A stretch of 31,859 nucleotides of DNA from Promethearchaeota archaeon (lineage in GTDB: Archaea; Asgardarchaeota; Lokiarchaeia; Sigyniarchaeales; SOKP01): the NCBI GenBank assembly GCA_016926735.1, contig JAFGOA010000108.1:1-31859 (forward strand), written 5' to 3'. Under the pieces are notes generated by a model. It was not told the origin of the DNA. It ran no database searches and was given only the letters and a program-made list of their open reading frames with translations. Each line of letters opens with the position of its first letter. Position 1 is the stretch's first letter. Positions 1 to 8,476 of the stretch are shown piece after piece. The position numbers were made by a program, and so were the translations under genes.

Positions 1-93
1 GCCTTTGGAGATCGTGTAAGACCTCATTTAATTGAGGCAGTGGTCGAGGAATTAGGAATCCAAATCCTTCAAGGTTTGGTAGTTCAATATTAG
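1..93 (+). CDS. 3' end of an unidentified CDS truncated by the window edge
   Basis: Frame 1 is open from base 1 (AFGDRVRPHLIEAVVEELGIQILQGLVVQY) to TAG at 91-93; GC content is higher than the adjacent intergenic DNA. Confidence 0.6.
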   Translation, partial: AFGDRVRPHLIEAVVEELGIQILQGLVVQY

Positions 94-321
94 AGAAATT
101 TATAAATCTGTCCCTATTTTAAAATAATTGTGCCCATTTATAGTGTTTCTATAAGATTGTAATATTTCAATGAATAGAAATCTCCAAATGGGCATACATT
201 ATATATAACAAATTTATGCTCTTAAATTAAAGAAAAAAATAACTTAAATTAAAATTAAATATATTAATATTCTTACTATCTCAATTTATAGCAAATTAAA
301 ATTTTATATTTAAAGATTAAT

Positions 322-1695
322 ATGACCAAAGTGGACTCCAAAAAACCATTAGTTGTTGTTATGAAGGGAGATACTCCCCAAGAATGCCTTATAAATGGAT
401 TAGATAAATTGGGGGGTATAAGTAAATTTATAAAGAAAGATGATGTAGTTTTTCTTAAGACTACATTAAGACTTCCTTTTGGATTTCCTAACAATTCCAA
501 TATTGATTTGGTCGATAAGATTATCTTAGAGTGCAAAAAGGCAGAAGTTAAAAAGATATTTATTGGAGCTTATTCTTCTTTAGACTTTTCTACCAAATCA
601 ATTGATTTGATTTTGGGTTTGAGCTCATATTTTGAAAATAAAGGTGTTGAATTTGTCAATTTGGATGAAAGATATGAATTAGTTTCAAATGATATAAAGA
701 TAGATGAAAATGAATATTCCAATGAAAAAATAAAAGACTTAAGAAATCAGATACCTGAGTTAATACTTAATGTTGATAAAATTATCCTAATAAATCAAAT
801 TAATATTCATCCTCTTTTTATGTGTGATCTATCATTACTGAATCTATATTCAATATTACCTCCGAAATTTCAAAAAATAAACTATACCCATAATTTTAAA
901 GAAATAGTTCAGAATAACCAATATATAAAAGATTTAGTCTTAAAAATTATTGATTTATATTCAATTGTAAAACCTACCTTGGTTATTAATGATATTTTTT
1001 ATGCTCTTGAGAAGGCTGGACCATTTATCTATAAAGATTCAAAACTAAAAAAAAATAATATTCTCATTGTTGGAAATGATGCCTTAGCTACAGATATTAT
1101 AACTTTAAAGTCATTAGGATTCGATATTGAAAAAAACCCTTTAATTTTAGAATGTAAAAAACAAGCTGTAAATCCAAATAATTTTGATGATATTAAATGT
1201 TATGGTGAAGACTTAGATGAATTAGATCTAAATTTAATTCCTTGCTATTCAAATCTAGACCAAATTAGGGCGCAAAATATTACTATACATTCTGGAGAAT
1301 ATTGTTCTGGATGTTATCATAAAGCATATGAGCTATTAAATTTTATAAAAACATTATTACCTAAAGATCTTAAATATCTTAAAGAATGTTCATTATTAAT
1401 CGGTTTAAATCCGCCAGAACCAATGAACAAAAAAAATATTCTCTTATTTGGAGAATGTGCTAAAATTGCTACACAAAATTATGATTTTCATAAGGTATCA
1501 AAAATAAAAGGTTTTAGAAAAAAGAAAGAAATACAAGTTCAAAATAAAGCTATTTTTAAAATAGATGGATGCCCACCCAGTCTAAAAGATAGTTTTTGTA
1601 AAATCTATGACTATTTTGGAAAAAAAAATCTTCCAGAATTAAATCTAATCTATAAACTATTGGATTCTTTAGATATTTCAAAATATAATAAATGA
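322..1695 (+). CDS. DUF362-family protein with C-terminal Cys motifs (probable Fe-S binding)
   Basis: 457 aa. N-terminal LGGISKFIKKDDVVFLK and later VGNDALATD resemble DUF362; the C-terminal region has CSGC, FGECA and IDGCPP. Confidence 0.7.
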   Translation: MTKVDSKKPLVVVMKGDTPQECLINGLDKLGGISKFIKKDDVVFLKTTLRLPFGFPNNSNIDLVDKIILECKKAEVKKIFIGAYSSLDFSTKSIDLILGLSSYFENKGVEFVNLDERYELVSNDIKIDENEYSNEKIKDLRNQIPELILNVDKIILINQINIHPLFMCDLSLLNLYSILPPKFQKINYTHNFKEIVQNNQYIKDLVLKIIDLYSIVKPTLVINDIFYALEKAGPFIYKDSKLKKNNILIVGNDALATDIITLKSLGFDIEKNPLILECKKQAVNPNNFDDIKCYGEDLDELDLNLIPCYSNLDQIRAQNITIHSGEYCSGCYHKAYELLNFIKTLLPKDLKYLKECSLLIGLNPPEPMNKKNILLFGECAKIATQNYDFHKVSKIKGFRKKKEIQVQNKAIFKIDGCPPSLKDSFCKIYDYFGKKNLPELNLIYKLLDSLDISKYNK

Positions 1696-1722
1696 TATAT
1701 TTAAGTTGAGGAGATAATTTCA

Positions 1723-3267
1723 ATGATTAATGAAAAATTTCTTAATAATTGGTTGAAGATTCTTAATTATAATAATAAGATAAATGAATCTTTAGAAATT
1801 GATGAAATTACTGAAAAAATTACGATTCCTTTTACACCTATTGATGTAAATGCACTCTTAATTTATAATTTTTTCAAATATCTTTACCCCGAAATAATTA
1901 ATGATCAACAGAATGTTTTAGACATTATTATTTCTAATGATAAAGAAAAAATTCTTGATACAATTCTCTATGAAACAAAAGAACCAGGAGTTCCGATTTC
2001 TTATGAGAAATTAAATACAAATATTATAAAAAGTAGAAAATTTTCAACTGAAAATTTGGAGGAATCTTTTTTTAATGTTCAGAAAAGAGTATTAAAGAAA
2101 AAGGAGTTAAGAATTTCTCATATTAGGATATTCAAAGAAGAATTTATAGAAATTTTAAATAAATATTTAAAAAAATCAGATGATTTATCCTTTCATGAAT
2201 TTTTTATATCATTATTAGAGATTATCGATAAATCTATAAGAGAAAAATTGTTCTTTATCAGTCCAAAACCTAATTTATTATCCTTTTTAGAAGATTTCTT
2301 ACAATTTTTTAACAATTTTCATTTATCTACTATTTTTGAGTTATTGTTTAGAAATATTTCTAAAGATAATTATGTAATTATTTTTTACTCGAGGGCATTT
2401 TCCTTTATCGTTAAATTAAATATAAAGAGCACTAAAAAAGTAAAAAATTGTATAAAAATTTTTAATCCAAGAGATTTAGAAATTGAGTTTGATAAACTGG
2501 ATAAACATGAAATTTTAAAAAAAGTAAATATGAAATTTAAAAATAATCTAATTTATTTAATAGAACAAGGTCAAATTTTAAGAATTTTAAATGAATTATT
2601 CGAATTTGAGTTCCCTATACAAAAGGAAAAATTAAATTTATTTCTTCAAAAATTATTATTCCAATTTAGAAGCTTTCAATCAAATTGGTATAGACATCCT
2701 CCCCCAAAAATGTATAGAGCGTTCTATAGGTTTCTTATTCGACTTCTTGGTTTTAATTATAATTTAAAAAAGATATCTCATTGGGCAATTCCAGAGTTAT
2801 TATATAAATCTGATTTAATTTTTGGTATGAATAGTAAAATTGTATTGATATTGTACAATCTAAATCCAGAGAAAGATCCTGAAAAAAAAAACAATGTTGT
2901 AATATTGTTAGAAACGGAAAATAATGCGGTAACAAATATTTACTATCCTTCTATTGATACTCTTGAAGAAAAAAACACAAAAATTAGCATTAAGACAATT
3001 CGTAATGAATTAAGCACGGAGTATGGATATATTAATATTGTTATTAAAATTGATAAATTTTTGATAGATTTAATAATACAAAATTTTATCTTTAAATTTA
3101 CAAAATTCCAATTATTTTCAAAATTAAAAACAATTCGAGCAATTAAAAATGAAAAATATTTATCAATGTATCCAGAAATGCCTATCTACAAATTTATTAA
3201 AAAATCAAATTCATTGAAAATATTTAAGACTATTTTACCTATTCTAATCGATAAACATGAATTCTAA
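1723..3267 (+). CDS. hypothetical protein
   Basis: 514 aa ORF preceded by SD-like GAGGAG; no recognisable motif. Confidence 0.75.
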   Translation: MINEKFLNNWLKILNYNNKINESLEIDEITEKITIPFTPIDVNALLIYNFFKYLYPEIINDQQNVLDIIISNDKEKILDTILYETKEPGVPISYEKLNTNIIKSRKFSTENLEESFFNVQKRVLKKKELRISHIRIFKEEFIEILNKYLKKSDDLSFHEFFISLLEIIDKSIREKLFFISPKPNLLSFLEDFLQFFNNFHLSTIFELLFRNISKDNYVIIFYSRAFSFIVKLNIKSTKKVKNCIKIFNPRDLEIEFDKLDKHEILKKVNMKFKNNLIYLIEQGQILRILNELFEFEFPIQKEKLNLFLQKLLFQFRSFQSNWYRHPPPKMYRAFYRFLIRLLGFNYNLKKISHWAIPELLYKSDLIFGMNSKIVLILYNLNPEKDPEKKNNVVILLETENNAVTNIYYPSIDTLEEKNTKISIKTIRNELSTEYGYINIVIKIDKFLIDLIIQNFIFKFTKFQLFSKLKTIRAIKNEKYLSMYPEMPIYKFIKKSNSLKIFKTILPILIDKHEF

Positions 3268-3332
3268 TCAAAATATAATAAAACCTAAAAAATAAGATTA
3301 TTAAAAAAAATTCTATTTGATAAGATCTTCTA

Positions 3333-4433
3333 TTATTTTATAAATCCTTTAGCCTTTAAGAGTTCAGCATTTAAGATGGCTCCCCCTGCTGCGCCTCTAA
3401 TTGTATTGTGGCTTAATCCAATGAATTTATAATCAAATACTGTATCTTTTCTTAATCTACCGATGGTTACTGCCATACCTTTATCATTATCTCTATCTTT
3501 TCTTGGTTGAGGGCGATCTATATTCTCTAAATAAATTATCGGGTGTTTAGGAGCGAATGGTAAGTCTAATTCTTGTGGAAGTGCTCTAAATTCAAGCCAT
3601 ATTTTTTTTATATCTTCCATAGATGGAACCTTATCTTTGAATTTTATATTTATAGATGCAGTATGGCCATCTATAATTGGTACTCTTGTACACGTTGCAC
3701 TTATTTTTATTGATTCATCATTTATTATACCAATATCTCCAACTTTTCCAAATATTTTCATTGGTTCTTTCTCCGATTTTTCTTCCTCACCACCAATATA
3801 TGGTACAATATTATCAATTATATCAAGTGAAGGTACACCTGGATACCCTGCTCCTGAAACAGCCTGTAATGTAGTTATTATTAATTTATCAACTTTATAA
3901 CCTGCTTTTTCTAAAGCATATATTGGGGTTACATAACTTTGAATTGAACAATTTGGTTTAACAGCAACAAATCCTTTTGAGAAGTTCCTCTTTTTTTGTT
4001 GAATAGGAATAACATTTGCATGATCAGGATTAACTTCTCCAATAATCATTGGAACATCAGGTGTCCAACGATGAGCTGAATTATTACTTATAACAGGAAT
4101 TCCGTTTTGTGCATATTTGAATTCAATCTCTTTTATTTGATCTTTTGTTGGCATATTAATTGCAGAAAAAACAAAACTAATATCATTAGGTATTGTTCCA
4201 AAATCTTGGACATCTCTAACAATAACATGTTTAATTTCTTCTGGAATTAAAATTGGCATTTGCCATTTAGGTCCTGCAGCCTCCTCATAAGTTTTTCCCG
4301 CTGAATTTGGAGAAGCAGCAAGATCTTTTATTTCGAACCAAGGATGACCTTGTAGTAATTTTATGTAATTTTGACCAACAATCCCTGTTGCTCCTAAAAT
4401 ACCAATTTTTAGTTTTTCCATATTTTTATTCAT
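3333..4433 (-). CDS. asd: aspartate-semialdehyde dehydrogenase
   Basis: GILGATGIVGQ Rossmann motif, catalytic KPNCS, QAVSGAG, RVPIIDGH and HNTIRGAAGGAILNAE. Confidence 0.97.
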   Translation of the reverse strand: MNKNMEKLKIGILGATGIVGQNYIKLLQGHPWFEIKDLAASPNSAGKTYEEAAGPKWQMPILIPEEIKHVIVRDVQDFGTIPNDISFVFSAINMPTKDQIKEIEFKYAQNGIPVISNNSAHRWTPDVPMIIGEVNPDHANVIPIQQKKRNFSKGFVAVKPNCSIQSYVTPIYALEKAGYKVDKLIITTLQAVSGAGYPGVPSLDIIDNIVPYIGGEEEKSEKEPMKIFGKVGDIGIINDESIKISATCTRVPIIDGHTASINIKFKDKVPSMEDIKKIWLEFRALPQELDLPFAPKHPIIYLENIDRPQPRKDRDNDKGMAVTIGRLRKDTVFDYKFIGLSHNTIRGAAGGAILNAELLKAKGFIK

Positions 4434-4507
4434 ATTGTTAATTTAGTTCAAAAAAGTTAGTAAAACATTATTTTATAATTTAATTGATAAAAACAATTGA
4501 AATTCAA

Positions 4508-5254
4508 TTATTCTTTCTTCATATTAGTTAACTTTTGTTGTAAATCTTTATCTTGATATTTTTCGGTATTTTTAAGATAATCAATAATTATTTCATATTC
4601 AATTTTAGATAATTTATCTTTTAGCCAATAAATTCCCTTTGAAGTAAATGGGATTAATGAAATCAAATTTATATTATGTATCTTCGCTAAATCTCCCGCA
4701 CCTTGTTCCCTATCTAAGATTACTATAATATAATTAGATCTTACTTCTAAACTACGATTTGAAACCTCTAAATGTAATTGTTCCTGAGCAATCAATTTAC
4801 TATCTAATTTAGTTACCAAATCATCTACTAAGGCGATGTTGTCCCCATTTTCGATTATACCTTCAACTAATTTATGTTGACCATATTGAGATATATTTTT
4901 TTGGAAATCTTTAATATTTTTAATGCCTTCAATCTTTCTTGTATAACACATCGGAATTTTACTGGATAAGGATATAGCTGTCGCTATTGGAACTCCTGCT
5001 GATGCAATGCCAATAATTCGATCTATATCCTTACATTCCTCTTTAATTAATTTTCCCAAAGCATAACCTATTCTTTCTAAAATGTGAGGATAACTACCTA
5101 AATTTCTCAAATTAATATACAATGGACTCCATAAACCAGAAATTAAGTTCCATCCTTCTGGTTTTGATTTATACCATGTATCAATCATATTAGCGTCGTA
5201 TAATAATTCTAAAATTTCTTTTCCAAGAAAGTCCTTTTCTTCATTCCAATCCAT
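4508..5254 (-). CDS. pyrE: orotate phosphoribosyltransferase-like type I PRTase
   Basis: LISGLWSPLYINLR, YTRK loop, PRPP-binding LVDDLVT and ILDREQG. Confidence 0.8.
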   Translation of the reverse strand: MDWNEEKDFLGKEILELLYDANMIDTWYKSKPEGWNLISGLWSPLYINLRNLGSYPHILERIGYALGKLIKEECKDIDRIIGIASAGVPIATAISLSSKIPMCYTRKIEGIKNIKDFQKNISQYGQHKLVEGIIENGDNIALVDDLVTKLDSKLIAQEQLHLEVSNRSLEVRSNYIIVILDREQGAGDLAKIHNINLISLIPFTSKGIYWLKDKLSKIEYEIIIDYLKNTEKYQDKDLQQKLTNMKKE

Positions 5255-5421
5255 ATAAATACACTTTTCAATATCCTCTGAAATAAATACTCTTTAATCG
5301 CTTTAAACTATTTTTATTTTACAATAAATAATTATGTTATAATATGAAAATTATCTCAAAAAAACAAAATCTAATATTTTTTGCATGATTCTTATTACTA
5401 AATAGTATATTTAAAATTTAA

Positions 5422-6459
5422 ATGAAGAATCCATTTTTCAATTTTTATCATGTTCTAAATTCTAAAGAATTATTAGATATTGCATTTAAGAAAGCGATGA
5501 GAAGTTCTGCTAAAGTATCCAATAATGCTCCAATATTAATCAAAGCAAAAAAAAAAGAATCTAAACGGATAAAAGTTGCAATTAAAGAATTAATTGATAG
5601 GATTTTGGGAATTATAAAAATGGTTCCCATAATTGAAGAATTACCAGAATTCTATAGAGAATTAGCTTCACTTTTAGTAGATAAAGATAAATTACGATTA
5701 AATCTCGGAAAATTAAATGGGATTCTCCCTGTGTTGAGTAAAATCGAAAGAGAATATCTATCTGAACTTAAAAAAATTGAACGCCCCCATGAAGGAGATA
5801 GAATAAGGAGAACGGTCTTTGGAAGAGTATCTTCCATTATTGATAAGCAGAATAAAAATTTAGAATATTTAAATAGTATCAGAGGAAAATTAAGAGAAAT
5901 TCCTTCTATTGATTATGAGTCTCCTGTTGTTATATGTGCTGGTGCTCCAAATGTAGGTAAAAGTAGTATTGTTAAGTATATTTCTACAGCAAAATCTATT
6001 GATATCCAAGAATATCCTTTTACTACTAAAAATTTAATTATAGGTCATCTAGAAATAGAAAAGAGATTTGAAACAATAAAGCTCCAAATTATGGATAGCC
6101 CTGGTTTATTAGACCGTCCTATCTCAGAGAGAAATAATATAGAATTACAAGCAATTTTGGCTCTTAGATTAATATCAGATCTTATCCTATTTATTTTTGA
6201 TCCTACACCATCATGCGGTTATAATATAGACTCTCAAATCAATCTCTATAACGAAATTAAAGAAAAATTTTTAGATAATAATATCGAACTCTTTCCTATC
6301 TTTAATAAGAAAGATTTAGCTAGTGAAAAAGAGATTGATTATTTAAAAGAAAAATTAGGTTTAGACAAAAATAAGTTAATATTAACTAATGCTTTAACTG
6401 GTGAAAATCTGGATTTAGTCAAAGATTTTGTAATAAATAAATTTATTCAGATTGAATAA
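5422..6459 (+). CDS. nog1: NOG1-family GTPase (ribosome biogenesis)
   Basis: N-terminal helical domain (LPEFYREL), G1 GAPNVGKS, G2 YPFTT, G3 DSPG and G4 NKKD. Confidence 0.92.
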   Translation: MKNPFFNFYHVLNSKELLDIAFKKAMRSSAKVSNNAPILIKAKKKESKRIKVAIKELIDRILGIIKMVPIIEELPEFYRELASLLVDKDKLRLNLGKLNGILPVLSKIEREYLSELKKIERPHEGDRIRRTVFGRVSSIIDKQNKNLEYLNSIRGKLREIPSIDYESPVVICAGAPNVGKSSIVKYISTAKSIDIQEYPFTTKNLIIGHLEIEKRFETIKLQIMDSPGLLDRPISERNNIELQAILALRLISDLILFIFDPTPSCGYNIDSQINLYNEIKEKFLDNNIELFPIFNKKDLASEKEIDYLKEKLGLDKNKLILTNALTGENLDLVKDFVINKFIQIE

Positions 6460-6494
6460 ATCTTATAGATTATCTATTCCTATTCTTATTATAA

Positions 6495-7595
6495 ATGACC
6501 TCAAATTTAATATTAGGATTAGATATCGGTGGAGCAAACACAAAAGCAGCTTTAATTGAATATGAAAAAGCAAAAATCATCGATTCTTTTTCATATATTG
6601 AATATTTTCCTTTTTGGGAGCAATCTAAAAATCAATTCCATGAACTTTTTAATAGAATTATATCAAACTTAATTCAAAAAAACAATTTAAATGCTAATAA
6701 TATCGCCTATGTTGCTGTTACTATCACAGCAGAGCTTTCTGATGCTTTTAAAACTAAAAAAGAAGGAATTTTATCAATATTAAATGAATTAATTAAGATT
6801 TTTAATGCTGAAAAATTAAGATTTATTACTATACAAAATGAATATGTAAATTATAAAAATGCTATTGGAAATCCAATAGTACTTGCTGGTGCAAACTGGG
6901 TATCTACTTCATTATTTCTTGGAAGATTTATTCCCAATTGTATCCTGATTGATTCAGGTTCTACTACTACAGATATTATTCCAATCTATAAGTCTAAACC
7001 AGTTAATATTGGAAAAACGGATATTGAGAGGATAATTAATCATGAGCTAATTTATACAGGTGGATTAAGAACAACTATTCCTTCTATAACACATTATGTT
7101 CCCTATAAAAATCAAACTGTAAGAATATCATTTGAAAAATTTGCTTTGATATCGGATGTAAATAGAATTTTAAATTTTATTTCTGAAGAGGAATACAGTA
7201 ATGAAACTGCTGATAATCGTTCAAAATCATTAGAAAATTGCTATTCAAGATTAGCTCGAATTATATGTTTGGATATTAATTCTGTATCAAAAGAGGAATT
7301 ATTCTCAATAGCCCACTACATTCATAATAAACAGATAAAAATTATAGAAAAAGAGATAAAAATATTTTTAGCTAATTTGAAATTAAAAATTCCTCAATTA
7401 TATAATCCTGAACCGATTTTTATTTTAACTGGATTATCATCAGACTTCTTAATAAGGAAGGTATTAAGAAAATTGAATTATAACAAAATAGAATACTATG
7501 ATATTATTACTAATATTCCTGAAAATATAACTTCCTCAGCTTTTGCTGTTGCTGCAGAGTTTCTATTTAGTAAATTAGAGGTGGAATTAAAATAA
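6495..7595 (+). CDS. mfnF: hydantoinase/oxoprolinase-like ASKHA protein of H4MPT/methanofuran-linked C1 pathways (MfnF-like)
   Basis: GLDIGGANTK, VTITAELSDAFxTKKEG, ANW, DSGSTTTDIIPI and ELIYTGGLRT. Confidence 0.8.
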   Translation: MTSNLILGLDIGGANTKAALIEYEKAKIIDSFSYIEYFPFWEQSKNQFHELFNRIISNLIQKNNLNANNIAYVAVTITAELSDAFKTKKEGILSILNELIKIFNAEKLRFITIQNEYVNYKNAIGNPIVLAGANWVSTSLFLGRFIPNCILIDSGSTTTDIIPIYKSKPVNIGKTDIERIINHELIYTGGLRTTIPSITHYVPYKNQTVRISFEKFALISDVNRILNFISEEEYSNETADNRSKSLENCYSRLARIICLDINSVSKEELFSIAHYIHNKQIKIIEKEIKIFLANLKLKIPQLYNPEPIFILTGLSSDFLIRKVLRKLNYNKIEYYDIITNIPENITSSAFAVAAEFLFSKLEVELK

Positions 7596-8329
7596 CTGAA
7601 GTTATATTAGTTAAATTAGGTGGTAAGATTTTAGATAATGAGGAAAATCTTAAAAATACAATATCACAATTACTGCAGCTTTTTAAATTAAAACTAAATA
7701 TTAACAAAATAATCATCATACCTGGAGGTGGCAATCTAGCTAATTTTATTAGAAGTTTTGATCAAAATCTAAGAATAGGAAGTGATTTAGCCCACTGGGA
7801 AGCAATATATGCTATGAATTGGAATGGTTTACAATTAAATAAAAAATTCCCTCAAATACCTTGTTTATCTCAAATCGAAGAAATAAAAGAAGAATTAAAA
7901 AACAGAAAAAAAAAAGATATCTCCATTTTTTTACCATTTAACTATTTATATGAAAATGATCCTCTACCCCATAATTGGGATGTGACTTCTGATTCTATAT
8001 CTATTTTTTTCGCCAAGATATTTGGATTAGATCAATGTTTTTTAATAAAAGATATTGATGGAATTTATGATACTCAAAACCATTTAATTAATGAAATATC
8101 CTTTAAAGATTATTTAGAATATATAAGATTAGATAAAATAGCTAATATAGATTGTAATCTCCTTATTAAAAAAAAATCAAGTCCAATTGATTTATATGCT
8201 CTTAAATTAATCGAAGAGTTCAAAACTAACTGTTATATATTAAATGGAATTTCTCTAAAGTTGAGAATTATTGAATTTTTCTCGAAATTATCTGATAAAG
8301 ATAAATTTTATACTAAAATATATTGTTAA
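7592..8329 (+). CDS. mfnE: amino-acid-kinase-family protein (MfnE-like); true start lies upstream of the ORF-track ATG
   Basis: The frame is open from the TAA at 7571. It encodes VILVKLGGK, IIPGGGNLANFIR and AHWEAIYAM before the Met at 7814, then LPHNWDVTSDSI and KDIDGIY. The start codon is uncertain (ATT 7586 or ATA 7592). Confidence 0.75.
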   Translation: MTEVILVKLGGKILDNEENLKNTISQLLQLFKLKLNINKIIIIPGGGNLANFIRSFDQNLRIGSDLAHWEAIYAMNWNGLQLNKKFPQIPCLSQIEEIKEELKNRKKKDISIFLPFNYLYENDPLPHNWDVTSDSISIFFAKIFGLDQCFLIKDIDGIYDTQNHLINEISFKDYLEYIRLDKIANIDCNLLIKKKSSPIDLYALKLIEEFKTNCYILNGISLKLRIIEFFSKLSDKDKFYTKIYC

Positions 8330-8476
8330 TTTCCCTTTAAAGATTCAAATAGATTCTATTTTAAATTTTATTTTAATTTTTATTTTCATTTCGAGGTAAA
8401 ATATAATAGAACATTTTTATATTATTTTAACAGATATTTTCATTAAATATATCTTAGAATATAACGGATAATAATT

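Noticed and set aside
101-200. Possible ~31-codon minus-strand ORF or ferredoxin remnant (VCPFG)
   Set aside because: Too short, with no consistent frame or complete Cys motif.
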